Source: Clostridia bacterium (GTDB taxonomy: Bacteria; Bacillota; Clostridia; Oscillospirales; CAG-382). From it: 64,000 nt of DNA. The translations under genes were made by a program, and so were the position numbers. The notes beneath the pieces were generated by a model. It was not told the DNA's origin. It did not search any database and worked only from the letters and a program-made list of their open reading frames with translations. Location: assembly GCA_017549365.1 (NCBI GenBank), contig JAFYUZ010000087.1, positions 4,112 through 68,111 of the forward strand. Direction: 5' to 3'. Below, in pieces: positions 9,875 to 21,357 of this stretch; positions within the stretch are counted from its first letter, which is position 1; every line of letters starts with the position of its first letter.

Positions 9875-11794
9875 TCAAAGCTCCTCGAGCTCCGCGGTTG
9901 CCTTGTCCCAGAGCTCGTAAAACTCGTCAAGTCTTGCCTGCACCTCGTCCTGCTCGCGGTACAATGCCTCGGTTTTCACATAGTCCGCCCCTGCCTGCGC
10001 CATTTCAATATCTATCTGCGCAAGTCTTTCTTCGCAGTCGGCAATCCCCTTTTCGGATTCGGCAAGCTGCTTTTCAGCTTTTCTGCGGCGGCTTTTTTCA
10101 AGCTTTGCCTTTTGGTAGTCGTTCTTTTCGTCTTTTTCGGTGTTATCCGCAAAAGAAGCGCCGGACGTTGCCGCGTGGGTGTTTTTGTAGTTGCAAAAAT
10201 CCTCGTAGCCGCCCTTGTAATCGAAATATCCGTCGGTTTTCAGCTCGAGTATGCGGGTTGCAAGCTTATTTATAAAATATCTGTCGTGAGATACGGCAAT
10301 GACCGTGCCGTTGTATCCGAGTATGGCATCCTCCAGCACCTCGCGGGTGGATGCATCAAGGTGGTTGGTCGGCTCGTCAAGAATAAGCAGATTCAGCTCG
10401 TCAAGCATCATCTTTGCAAAGGTAAGCCTTGCCTTTTCGCCACCCGAAAGCACTGAGACCTCTTTGAAAACGTCCTCGGCCTTAAAAAGAAAACGGGCAA
10501 GGGCGCCGCGGATCTCGGCCTGTTTTTTGTCGGGATATTCGCTCCAAAGCTCCTCGAGCACGGTGTTTTGGGGATTGAGTCCCTGGTGCTCCTGGTCGTA
10601 GTAGCCTATTTTTATCTTGTTGATGTATTCAAAAACTCCGCTGTCCTGCGAAAGCTTGCCGCACAGTATCTTGAGCATGGTGGATTTTCCCACGCCGTTT
10701 TCGCCGAAAAGAAACATTCTTTCTTTCGAATGAAGCACAAACGAAACGTCGGAAAAAAGCTGTTTTTCGCCGTACGCCTTTGACAGCGACGAGACCTCGA
10801 GAATGTTGTCGGACAAAAGCTCGCGCGAGCCTGCCGAAAAGTGCATCGAGATGCTTTCGGGCAGAGCTTTGGGTTTTTCAAGCTTGTCCATGCGCTCGAT
10901 GGCTTTCATTCGGCTTTCGGCGGCAATAATGTTGCGCTCGCGGTTCCATCTGCGCTGGTTTTCAATAAAAGCTTCCATGCGCTCTATCTCGCGGCGCTGG
11001 TTTTTGTAGTGCCGCTCGTCGATCTCGCGGTCTTTTTCCTTTTGCTTTACAAATCCGCTGTACGGAAGATTGTAAAGCTTTGCCTCGCAGTTTTCTATCT
11101 CGAGCGTTTTTGTGGTTACCTTGTCAAGAAAATATCTGTCGTGCGAGATAACGAGAAGTGTCTTTTTGTAACCTGCAAGAAAAGCTTCAAGCCACTCAAC
11201 CGACGGAATGTCCAGATGGTTGGTCGGCTCGTCAAGCATCAGGATGTCGGGCTCGGAAAGAAGAGTGCGCGCAAGGGCAAGCCTTGTTTTCTGTCCTCCC
11301 GAAAGGGTCTCGATGGAATCCTTTTGTCTTTCCTCGTCAAAGCCCAGAGCGCAAAGCATGCTGCGGATGCGACTTTTGTACTCGTATCCGCCGTTTTTGC
11401 GAAAGCTTTCTTCGAGTCGGGTGTATTCCCCCGCAAGGCGCATGTGCATGGCATTGTCGTTTTCGGCATCCATCTGCGCCTGCAACTCTTCAAGGCGCTT
11501 TTCGTCCCGGACAAGCTCGGGAAAAGCCATCAGCATTTCGGCATATATTGCCCCCGTCGAATCAAAAGAGGCGTTCTGCTCGAGGTATGCAACCTTAAGA
11601 TCCTTTGAAAAATTAACGCTTCCGCTGTCATTTCTGACCTCGCCCGCGATTATTTTGAAAAGCAATGATTTTCCCGCGCCGTTTACTCCCACAACACCCA
11701 CTCTGTCGCCGCCGTGGATGCCAAAGGTTATCTTATCAAGTATAACGTCGCCGCCAAACGCCATGCAGACGTCCGACAAATTCAAAACTATCAA
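9875..11794 (-). CDS. ABC-F family ATPase (two ABC domains, Uup-like coiled-coil tail)
   Basis: Two Walker A motifs (GVNGAGKS, GENGVGKS) and two signature motifs (LSGGQKTRLALARTLL, LSGGEKARLTFAKMML). Charged inter-domain linker, no TM segments, C-terminal coiled coil. TTG start with AAGGAG 7 nt upstream. Confidence 0.92.
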   Translation of the reverse strand: MIVLNLSDVCMAFGGDVILDKITFGIHGGDRVGVVGVNGAGKSLLFKIIAGEVRNDSGSVNFSKDLKVAYLEQNASFDSTGAIYAEMLMAFPELVRDEKRLEELQAQMDAENDNAMHMRLAGEYTRLEESFRKNGGYEYKSRIRSMLCALGFDEERQKDSIETLSGGQKTRLALARTLLSEPDILMLDEPTNHLDIPSVEWLEAFLAGYKKTLLVISHDRYFLDKVTTKTLEIENCEAKLYNLPYSGFVKQKEKDREIDERHYKNQRREIERMEAFIENQRRWNRERNIIAAESRMKAIERMDKLEKPKALPESISMHFSAGSRELLSDNILEVSSLSKAYGEKQLFSDVSFVLHSKERMFLFGENGVGKSTMLKILCGKLSQDSGVFEYINKIKIGYYDQEHQGLNPQNTVLEELWSEYPDKKQAEIRGALARFLFKAEDVFKEVSVLSGGEKARLTFAKMMLDELNLLILDEPTNHLDASTREVLEDAILGYNGTVIAVSHDRYFINKLATRILELKTDGYFDYKGGYEDFCNYKNTHAATSGASFADNTEKDEKNDYQKAKLEKSRRRKAEKQLAESEKGIADCEERLAQIDIEMAQAGADYVKTEALYREQDEVQARLDEFYELWDKATAELEEL

Positions 11795-11838
11795 TTACGT
11801 TCTCCTTTTTCAATTATTTCTGCGCACGGCAGAAAAAG

Positions 11839-12513
11839 TCAGTTGTATCTGTAATCCACTTCGGTTATAAGGACGTTGCCGTTCGCTTCGGTTACGGTCA
11901 CGGCAAGAGGTGCCGTGTCATAGCTCATGTCGGCACGGAAATCGCCCTCGTTGCGGTAGATGTTGTATTCCACGTAAAAAACGCTTTCTGTAACACCCGT
12001 TTCGGGGTCTGTTTCTTCGCGCCAAAGCTCGATCTTTATGTTATGAAGCCGCTGGGGCGGAAAATCAAGCTCGCCCGACGCATATCGCTCGATGGGGTTT
12101 GAAAAATCAAATTTTTTCGAGAAAAGGGCGGAATACGCCTTTTCGTCACCCCGCATCACGGCATCGATGTATCTGACCCAGAAAAGTCCGCGTTCGCCGT
12201 CAAGGGCAACGGCGTTTTCCGCCGTCAGATGTCCGCCCATGCCGTTTACAGAATAAAAGATGTTCTTGTCGCACTCGGCGTACCCCTCGAGCTGTTCGGG
12301 GGTAAGACCGCTGTAAAAAAGCTTGGTCTCCCCTTCTTTGCCATCCGCTTCGTTTTCGGTGTTTGCCGCCTCCTTCACATTCTTTTCCACAGAGGGAAGG
12401 ATCACCTCCGAAAGCAAAAGCAAAATCGCAAGAGCTGCCGCAACACCCAATATCAAAGCAAGAAGCTTGCCTTTTCTCGTAAGTTTTCGGGTTATTTTTT
12501 TATTCTTTTTCAC
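11839..12513 (-). CDS. hypothetical membrane-anchored protein
   Basis: 224 aa with a GTG start. Basic N-terminus plus one TM (LLALILGVAAALAILLLL), followed by a soluble domain. No family recognised. Confidence 0.6.
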   Translation of the reverse strand: MKKNKKITRKLTRKGKLLALILGVAAALAILLLLSEVILPSVEKNVKEAANTENEADGKEGETKLFYSGLTPEQLEGYAECDKNIFYSVNGMGGHLTAENAVALDGERGLFWVRYIDAVMRGDEKAYSALFSKKFDFSNPIERYASGELDFPPQRLHNIKIELWREETDPETGVTESVFYVEYNIYRNEGDFRADMSYDTAPLAVTVTEANGNVLITEVDYRYN

Positions 12514-12536
12514 AATAATTTCCCTTTCTGCCGCAA

Positions 12537-13454
12537 TCAGTCAATAAAGCGCGCCGCCGCCTTCACGGCTTTTCCCTCGCGGAAATCGCCGATCTTGCCG
12601 AGGGCAAAGAAAACTCCGTCGCTGTCATACAGCCGCACAAGGTCGTCTTTTTCAAATCTGTCGGGAGAAATGCCTGTTTTTTTAAGGTATATTTCGCATC
12701 CGTTTTTGCAAAGGCGCGAATAAAACGCCGAAAGCTTTATGACGGGACAGTGCGAAAACACCTTTTCGGGAGAGGCAAGCTTTTTTTCTATGCCGTCGGT
12801 GTCGCCCTTTTCAAAAAGCTCCTGCAACTGTTCGAGGGTGACGCAGTCTTCTTTTTTAAACTCGCCGCACGAAAGTCGCTCGAGGCTGAAAAGAGTGCCG
12901 CCGCAGCCGAGCGCTTGACCGATGTCCTCGCAAAGGGTTCTGATGTAGGTGCCCTTTGAGCACGATACCCGCACAAGAAAATCGCACTCGGATTCCTGCG
13001 ACACGATGCTTATGTCGTATATTTCTATCTCGCGTGCCTTGCGCTCGACCTCAACCCCCTCGCGGGCAAGATCGTAAAGTCTTTTGCCTCCGACCTTTAT
13101 TGCCGAATACATGGGAGGGGTCTGCATTATCTTACCTTTAAATTTTTCGCACACCGCGCAAAGCTCGTCTTTTGATATTTCCGCCTTTTTTTCGCTGACA
13201 ACGTTTCCCGTCACGTCGCCGGTGTCGGTGACAACGCCAAAGCGCATACCTGCAAGGTAAACCTTGTCATGGTTCATCAGATATTCCTGCGCCGCGGCGG
13301 CTTTTCCCACGAGAATGGGCAAAACTCCGCACGCCATCGGGTCCAGAGTTCCCGCGTGTCCCACGCGGCGGGTGTTGCAAAAGCGTTTTATCCTCGCCAC
13401 GGCATCGTGGGAGGTGTATCCTTGGGGTTTGTAAAGATTGATTATTCCGTCCAT
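12537..13454 (-). CDS. truB: tRNA pseudouridine(55) synthase
   Basis: Opens MDGIINLYKPQGYTSHD. Catalytic motif GHAGTLDPMACGVLPILVGKA. PUA-like C-terminus. Confidence 0.95.
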   Translation of the reverse strand: MDGIINLYKPQGYTSHDAVARIKRFCNTRRVGHAGTLDPMACGVLPILVGKAAAAQEYLMNHDKVYLAGMRFGVVTDTGDVTGNVVSEKKAEISKDELCAVCEKFKGKIMQTPPMYSAIKVGGKRLYDLAREGVEVERKAREIEIYDISIVSQESECDFLVRVSCSKGTYIRTLCEDIGQALGCGGTLFSLERLSCGEFKKEDCVTLEQLQELFEKGDTDGIEKKLASPEKVFSHCPVIKLSAFYSRLCKNGCEIYLKKTGISPDRFEKDDLVRLYDSDGVFFALGKIGDFREGKAVKAAARFID

Positions 13455-13551
13455 TGTTTCTCTTTCAAAAAAATGCGTTTGTTTTCGTATGCAAATACTC
13501 TGTTAGTATATATTATATATGCAAATTATGTTTTTGTCAAATGATAAACGC

Positions 13552-13587
13552 AAAAACCCGACGGATTCTCCGTCGGGTCTGTTTTTC
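13552..13587. terminator. orphan bidirectional hairpin terminator in the truB / BNR-gene intergenic region
   Basis: Stem ACCCGACGG (13556-13564) pairs with CCGTCGGGT (13570-13578). An A-run lies upstream and a T-run downstream. No annotated gene ends here. Confidence 0.4.
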
Positions 13588-13717
13588 TGCATATCGCCCT
13601 TTTTCGTCAATGCGTCAGGACCAAGTTCTGTCCATGAATTGTTGAAATCATTATATCACTATACTTTTCATATGTCAACAAACTTTTTGCTCAAGTCGGG
13701 GGGTATGCGGATTTGTA

Positions 13718-13746
13718 TTGACTTTTCGGTTTTTAAATGCTATAAT
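13718..13746 (+). promoter_or_regulatory. sigma-A type promoter for the BNR-repeat gene
   Basis: TTGACT (13718-13723), 17 nt spacer, TGcTATAAT with TATAAT at 13741-13746. Confidence 0.6.
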
Positions 13747-13778
13747 GTGGCGAAAACAAAAAAATGGAGGGGTCTTTT

Positions 13779-14816
13779 ATGATAAATAAATACACCGTCT
13801 GCCGCGACGATAACAAATACCACGCCTGGCCCGATCTTTTACTTACCAAAAAAGGAAAGCTTATTTGCATCTTCACCGAAGTCGAGCATCACGGCGACAG
13901 AAGAAATTCTCGCATAATGCTTACCGAAAGCCGCGACCGCGGCCGCAGTTGGAGCGAGAAAAAACCTCTTACCGACTATACCCACCCAAACACAGCCGAC
14001 GGATATTTCAACAATTCAAGAATTTCCGATCTCGGCGACCGTCTTGCCATCGTCTGCGACAGGATCGTAAATGGCACAGAACGAGAAGCCCGCGTTTCAA
14101 ATATTTACATATGGTACTCGTATGATGACGGCGAAAGCTGGACAGAACCGCAGATTCTTTACGACAGAGGTATTGTTCCCGACAAGCTTCAAAGACTTTC
14201 GAGCGGACGGCTTTTGCTTTCGGCACACAATGGCCCGAGAGACGCCCTTTCGCAGTATCTCTGGTACTCGGATGATGACGGAAAAACCTGGTCGGACAGA
14301 ATAACCGTGGCAAGCGACAAGCGCTATTCTCTGTGCGAGGTTTCAATTTTTGAGTGCAGTGACAAAACCCTTGTGGCATTTATGCGTGAAAACTCCTTTA
14401 AGGGAATCGAGTGCCTCAAAACCATATCGTACGACGGCGGCGAAAGCTGGAGCGAAGTGTACGGCACAAACATTCCCGGAGTACATCGTCCCGTTATCAC
14501 AAAGCTTTGCACAGGCACGCTTATGATGACCTATCGCTTTATGCACGGAAGATGCCGCAATGCCTGGCTTGCACAGAATGTTTTCATGGCATTCTTTGAC
14601 GAAGAAACGGCAAAAAACACCGAAAAGCAGACCTGCACAAGCATACTTTCGCTCGACTATGACAGAAACAGCCTTTCGGATTGCGGATATACCGGTGCCG
14701 TTCAGTTTGACGACGGAGAAATCTACGTCGTTTCGTATATCGTCGATGATGCTCCAAAGGCGCAGATTCGCGGATACAGCTTTTTTGAAAGCGATTTTAT
14801 CATAAACAACCATTAA
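13779..14816 (+). CDS. BNR/Asp-box repeat protein (sialidase-fold, exo-alpha-sialidase-like), no signal peptide
   Basis: Four Asp-boxes: SRDRGRSWS, SYDDGESWT, SDDDGKTWS, SYDGGESWS. Start moved to ATG 13779 (GGAGGGG 6 nt upstream). Confidence 0.85.
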   Translation: MINKYTVCRDDNKYHAWPDLLLTKKGKLICIFTEVEHHGDRRNSRIMLTESRDRGRSWSEKKPLTDYTHPNTADGYFNNSRISDLGDRLAIVCDRIVNGTEREARVSNIYIWYSYDDGESWTEPQILYDRGIVPDKLQRLSSGRLLLSAHNGPRDALSQYLWYSDDDGKTWSDRITVASDKRYSLCEVSIFECSDKTLVAFMRENSFKGIECLKTISYDGGESWSEVYGTNIPGVHRPVITKLCTGTLMMTYRFMHGRCRNAWLAQNVFMAFFDEETAKNTEKQTCTSILSLDYDRNSLSDCGYTGAVQFDDGEIYVVSYIVDDAPKAQIRGYSFFESDFIINNH

Positions 14817-14841
14817 GCTTTTCACCTGACAAAGAAAAAAG

Positions 14842-14875
14842 AAAGCCCGACTTTTGTCGGGCTTTTCTATTTGGT
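14842..14875. terminator. bidirectional intrinsic terminator (BNR gene and groEL converge)
   Basis: Stem AAAGCCCGAC pairs with GTCGGGCTTT around a TTTT loop. A-rich 5' flank and T-rich 3' flank. Confidence 0.8.
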
Positions 14876-14886
14876 TTGATATCAAA

Positions 14887-16518
<1,632 letters not shown>

Positions 16519-16534
16519 TTACCTCCTAAAAAAA

Positions 16535-16896
<362 letters not shown>

Positions 16897-16908
16897 ATCA
16901 CAATTCAT

Positions 16909-16937
16909 ATTTTATTCCTCGCGGCGCAAAAAATCAA
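16909..16937 (-). promoter_or_regulatory. groESL promoter
   Basis: On the minus strand: TTGATT (16932-16937), 17 nt spacer, TAAAAT (16909-16914), just upstream of CIRCE. Confidence 0.65.
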
Positions 16938-17020
16938 TACAAAATAAGGGTTATTTACAATATTTTAACATTTGTTTTTCTCACTCGTGCGCCGCGAGTG
17001 ACAATTTGCGACAATTGTTA

Positions 17021-18175
17021 TTATTCTTTGCCTTTTTCGTGTCGCGGGGTGTCATCTTTCTTAAAATATTGGTAATAATTGCAGCGGATCATACCGTTGT
17101 AAAGCCGTCTGACCTTGTCGGCGCGCTTGCCGTAGATATTTTCAAAATCCTCCTCGGAGGTGATGATATATATCTGCCAGGGTGAAAGCTTTGTAAAGAC
17201 CTTGCCCATCTTTTTGTAAAGCGCCTGGGCACTTTTTACGGTGTCCATTCTCTCGCCGTAGGGCGGATTGCAAACAATGGTGGTGCGCTTGTCGTCGCGG
17301 CGGATGGTAAGGGCGTCCTTGGTAAAGCAGTTTATGTATTCCCACATTCCTGCGCGGCGGATGTTGTCGCGGGCAATCTCCACCGTGTCGGGGTCGATAT
17401 CGCTGGCAATAGCGCGAAAAGGCGTGTCAAGCGTTCTTTCGCGGTCTGCCCTCTCGCGGGCTTCCTGCCACATTTTTTTGGGTATCCAGGGGTAATTTTC
17501 GGCGGCAAATTTGCGGTATCTGCCGGGGGCGGTGTTGGTCATGATAAGCGCCGCCTCAATGGCGATGGTGCCCGAACCGCAAAAAGGATCCCACAAGGTC
17601 ACCTCGGGCCTCGGACGCGAAAGCTTTACAAGTCCTGCCGCAAGAGTCTCTCTTATCGGGGCAATGTTTGCCTCGGGGCGGTATCCCCTTTTGTGCAAAG
17701 GTGCGCCGCTGGTGTCCATCATGATGGTAGCGCGGTTGTTGAGAATGAAAAATTCGATCTGATACTTTACTCCCGTTTCCTCAAACCACTCGGTCTTGTA
17801 TGTTTCCTTCAGCCTTTCGACCATGGCTTTCTTGACCATTTTCTGGCAGTCGGGGATACTGTAAAGGTCGGATTTTATCGAATGTCCCTTTACGGGGAAA
17901 GCGTCCTTTTCGCCGATAAAGCGTTCCCACGGGATCTTTTTTACCCCGTCGAAAAGCTCGGTAAAGCTTCTTGCCTCAAAGCTTGCCATCTCAATAAGCA
18001 CACGCTCCGCACAGCGCAGACAGATGTTTGATCTTACAATAGCCTCCATCGGACCTTCAAAGTAAACTCTGCCGTCGATGGTGTCGCGCCGCTTGTATCC
18101 AAGCGCGTCTATTTCTTCGCCCACCAGCTTTTCAAGACCGAAAAGGCAGGTGGCAACAAGTCTTACGTTACCCAC
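17021..18175 (-). CDS. THUMP-domain class I SAM-dependent RNA methyltransferase (RlmL/YpsC-like)
   Basis: N-terminal THUMP-like region. SAM motif DPFCGSGTIAIEA and catalytic NPPYGER. GTG start with AGGAG 7 nt upstream. Confidence 0.88.
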   Translation of the reverse strand: MGNVRLVATCLFGLEKLVGEEIDALGYKRRDTIDGRVYFEGPMEAIVRSNICLRCAERVLIEMASFEARSFTELFDGVKKIPWERFIGEKDAFPVKGHSIKSDLYSIPDCQKMVKKAMVERLKETYKTEWFEETGVKYQIEFFILNNRATIMMDTSGAPLHKRGYRPEANIAPIRETLAAGLVKLSRPRPEVTLWDPFCGSGTIAIEAALIMTNTAPGRYRKFAAENYPWIPKKMWQEARERADRERTLDTPFRAIASDIDPDTVEIARDNIRRAGMWEYINCFTKDALTIRRDDKRTTIVCNPPYGERMDTVKSAQALYKKMGKVFTKLSPWQIYIITSEEDFENIYGKRADKVRRLYNGMIRCNYYQYFKKDDTPRHEKGKE

Positions 18176-18193
18176 GTTTTGTCTCCTAAAAAA

Positions 18194-18658
18194 TCAGTTT
18201 TCTTTCTTGACGTCCGAGAATACTCCTTCGTATTCCTTGTTTTCGGTTTCGCCGTTTTTATTTTCTGCCGAAAGTCTGCCAAAAAGCGCCGCAAAAAGCG
18301 CAACCAGAGCAAATATCACGGCATACACCGTGGATATCATAAAGAAATGGGACGGCAAAACGTTCGACGCTGTGCTTGCGAGCATTTTGAACCACAAAAA
18401 GAGCGCGGCATACGAAAGGACGAAATCAATGATATATCTGAAAATGGCAGGCAATTTTTTAAACGCGCCCACCGCGGCAATACAAACTCCCGAAATTGCC
18501 GCAAAAACAAGCGTGCAATTGAGAACGCCTATATCTATCCAGTGCATATTTTCCATTCCCTGCGTCATAAAAACAAGCATAAACACCGACGTCACGGCGG
18601 TGAAAATGGCGGTGGTATAGAAAAATGCGTTTTTCAGAATGTCAATAACCTTTTTCAT
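18194..18658 (-). CDS. hypothetical integral membrane protein (4 TM)
   Basis: 154 aa with an ATG start and AGGAGG RBS. Hydrophobic throughout. No family recognised. Confidence 0.6.
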   Translation of the reverse strand: MKKVIDILKNAFFYTTAIFTAVTSVFMLVFMTQGMENMHWIDIGVLNCTLVFAAISGVCIAAVGAFKKLPAIFRYIIDFVLSYAALFLWFKMLASTASNVLPSHFFMISTVYAVIFALVALFAALFGRLSAENKNGETENKEYEGVFSDVKKEN

Positions 18659-18815
18659 TTTTTGCCTCCTGTGTTTTTCGCAAAATTATTTCAATATATA
18701 TGTTACCACAAACCGCATCCAAAGTCAACTGTTTTTGATTTTTGCGATTTTGCTATTGCTTTTAAAGAAGAAAAGCTATATAATCAGGGTATATATTTTA
18801 CAAAAGAGGTTGAGC

Positions 18816-20039
18816 ATGAAATACATAAAAGAAACTCTTGAAACTCCGATATACGGCGAATACGATGTGGTTATCGTCGGTGCCGGCCCCGCAGGCTGCG
18901 GTGCCGCCATCGGTTGTGCACGCTCGGGGCTTCGCACCCTTCTTATCGAAAAATTCAACTGCCCCGGCGGCGCATGGACCACGGGATTTATGAACCCGTT
19001 TTTTGACACCGAAAACAAGACGGGCTTTGTGAAAGAGCTGGTGGACGCCCTTAAAGAAAAAGGTCAGTGGGGCGGCTTCTGGAACATCAGCTTCAATTAC
19101 GAATACATGAAGCGCATACTCGAAGAAAAACTTGCCGAAGCAGGGGTGGAAACGCTCTACAACACCACCTTTTCAAGGGCGATATCCGATAAATTTCAGG
19201 TTTCGGGTATCATTGCCGAAAACATAGAGGGCAGATTTGCCGTTATGGCAAAATACGTTATCGACTGTACAGGCGACGGCAACGTGGCGGCAAGCGCAGG
19301 TTGCAAGTACGAGCTTGGCGAGGACGGCGATTACAAAGAATGTCAGGCAATGACCCTTATGTTCCTTGTGGCAAACATCCCCGAAAAGTACAAAGACGGC
19401 CTCATGCTTTTTGAAAAGCTCGACGCCGTCTATAAAAAGGCAGGGCTTGAATTGCCCTTTAAGGTGCCGTATCTGATCCCCGTGCCGGGCACCCATTTCG
19501 GCGTTATTCAGTTTACACATATGTACGAATACGATCCCTTGTCGGCAAGGGCGCTGACAGATGCAACAATCGAGGGCAGACGTCAGCTGATCGAAGCCTT
19601 TGAGGCGCTGACCAAATATGACGAAGAGTTCAAGCATCTTGAGCTTATCACCTCGTCAAGCGTTCTTGGCGTGCGCGAATCGAGAAGGATCGTGGGCGAA
19701 TACACCCTGACATTGCGTGACATTCTTGACGGTGCGCAATTCACCGATGCCGTGGCAAAGGTATCTTTTGGTGCAGATCTTCACACAAAATCCAACAAAG
19801 GGCAAAACTGCTTTGCCGTAAAGCCCTACACCGTTCCCCTGCGTGCCATGATCCCCGAAAACTTCTACGGCTTGCTTGTGGCAGGCAGATGCATCTCGGG
19901 CACGCGCGAGGCTATGGCATCCTACCGCGTCACGGGAAACTGCTGTCAGATGGGCGAAAACCTCGGCTATGCCGTGGCAATGGCAATAAAATCCGGCGTT
20001 GATATCCGCGAGGTGCGCGACGGCTTTGCCCACTTCTGA
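18816..20039 (+). CDS. FAD-dependent oxidoreductase
   Basis: Dinucleotide-binding motif DVVIVGAGPAGCGAAIGCAR near the N-terminus. Start moved to ATG 18816 (AAGAGG RBS). The track extension from 18639 overlaps the neighbouring gene. Confidence 0.85.
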   Translation: MKYIKETLETPIYGEYDVVIVGAGPAGCGAAIGCARSGLRTLLIEKFNCPGGAWTTGFMNPFFDTENKTGFVKELVDALKEKGQWGGFWNISFNYEYMKRILEEKLAEAGVETLYNTTFSRAISDKFQVSGIIAENIEGRFAVMAKYVIDCTGDGNVAASAGCKYELGEDGDYKECQAMTLMFLVANIPEKYKDGLMLFEKLDAVYKKAGLELPFKVPYLIPVPGTHFGVIQFTHMYEYDPLSARALTDATIEGRRQLIEAFEALTKYDEEFKHLELITSSSVLGVRESRRIVGEYTLTLRDILDGAQFTDAVAKVSFGADLHTKSNKGQNCFAVKPYTVPLRAMIPENFYGLLVAGRCISGTREAMASYRVTGNCCQMGENLGYAVAMAIKSGVDIREVRDGFAHF

Positions 20040-20044
20040 TACTT

Positions 20045-21238
20045 TTATGTATTAAGCTTTATTTTGATGTTTTCGCGTTTTCTTTCGGGCAATGTCGATG
20101 CAGAGCCTGTCGACCGTATGAGCTTGTCGATGAATTTCGGCAGATTGTTGCCCGAGGCGGAATTGAAAAGAGAAATGGCGTCATTCATGACCTTTCTGGT
20201 ATCGGGGTCGAGTTTTTTCACCTCGTGCAGGACGGTCATGATGTTTTTTCCGTTGAAAAATTTGCGAATATCGTCTATTCCCGTGGCGTTTACCAGAGTG
20301 AAAATGCCGTTGACCAGCTTTTCACGCATGTCGTCTGTCATTGACGAAAGCCATTTCGTTATGGTGTCGTCAATATACACCGAGCTTGTGGTGATCCTTT
20401 CCACCTCAACATATCCGTCCCTTTCGATCTCCCAGGTAAAGGGGTTGTGCTGAAAGGGCATGGAGTTTGAATAGCTTCGTATAACAACGAAACGGTCGGT
20501 GTTTTCAAAAAGTATTCCCACAATAGACGAGGAAGGCACCACGTTTTCTATGCGAGACGCGATCTTTCTGAAGCCTGCACTCATCAGCACCTCTTCGGGA
20601 AAGCCCGGGCCGTCAAGGTTGCGCACGGCGGCAACAGAGTCGGAGGTGTCGCCGTCGCAAAAGGCGGCGGAATATGCGGCAAGGTTTCCTCCCTTGGAAT
20701 GACCGCAGACAAAAAGCCTTTGCAAAGGATACGCCCTGTGCGCCCTTTCAAGATAGCGCACGGCATCAAGCTGGGCAGGCACGGCACGTGAAAACGCCAT
20801 GTTAAAATCCTCTTTCCAGCCCACAAGGGTGGAGTCTGTGCCGCGAAATGCCACAACGCAGGCGCAATTGCCGGGGTCCTCGTGGTCGGGGATAAGAAAG
20901 GTTACGGCAGAAAACTGCTCTTGTCTTTTTTCGCTTAATATATCTGTAAAACCGCAGATCGGAAGATCAAAAAAGCGCGGGCTTTTCAATATCTCTCGCA
21001 GCAAAAGCACGTTTTCGGCAAGGCTGATGACGTATCTGCCGCCGCCTGCCTCGATGTTTTCAAGCACTTTTTTTGCCGCCTGACCAAGGGTTGTTTTTGC
21101 ATCAAAGCTTTCGTCCACAATGCCTTCAAAGGGAAGATAAGAAAGCTGGGCAAAAACAAGATAATCCGCCTCGCAAATGGGAAAGGCTTTGAAAGAAATA
21201 TCTCCGCGCCATTTCACGTATTCTATCATATTCTGCAT
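20045..21238 (-). CDS. Mbeg1-like / DUF2974 alpha/beta-hydrolase (lipase-like)
   Basis: Nucleophile elbow VCGHSKGGNLAAY. N-terminal MQNMIEYVKWRGDISF resembles the DUF2974 family opening as I remember it. Confidence 0.7.
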   Translation of the reverse strand: MQNMIEYVKWRGDISFKAFPICEADYLVFAQLSYLPFEGIVDESFDAKTTLGQAAKKVLENIEAGGGRYVISLAENVLLLREILKSPRFFDLPICGFTDILSEKRQEQFSAVTFLIPDHEDPGNCACVVAFRGTDSTLVGWKEDFNMAFSRAVPAQLDAVRYLERAHRAYPLQRLFVCGHSKGGNLAAYSAAFCDGDTSDSVAAVRNLDGPGFPEEVLMSAGFRKIASRIENVVPSSSIVGILFENTDRFVVIRSYSNSMPFQHNPFTWEIERDGYVEVERITTSSVYIDDTITKWLSSMTDDMREKLVNGIFTLVNATGIDDIRKFFNGKNIMTVLHEVKKLDPDTRKVMNDAISLFNSASGNNLPKFIDKLIRSTGSASTLPERKRENIKIKLNT

Positions 21239-21357
21239 ATCACAACACTCCTTTCACACATTATATGCCCATGGGGCTTTTTTGGATAAACACAAAGCGA
21301 TCCTGTCAGAACGTGCCGACGGATCGCTTTTTTCGTGTCTTTTAAGTTTGCTTTTTG

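Noticed and set aside
9126-9878. ORFs 9126-9581, 9284-9547, 9448-9666 (plus strand) and 9600-9878 (minus strand) in the long intergenic region
   Set aside because: They mutually overlap, have no RBSs and low-complexity products. One of them runs through the ABC-F terminator hairpin.
9875-11794. Calling the ABC-F protein an antibiotic-resistance (ARE) ABC-F
   Set aside because: The Uup-like coiled-coil tail and the housekeeping neighbourhood fit a core ABC-F. The linker length and sequence give no specific ARE signature that I can verify.
21295-21334. Hairpin AAGCGATCC-N17-GGATCGCTT plus a T-run, as a plus-strand terminator
   Set aside because: No plus-strand gene ends upstream of it. It lies just downstream of the minus-strand PrsA-like gene, but the U-tract on that strand is poor, so its role is ambiguous and I left it unannotated.
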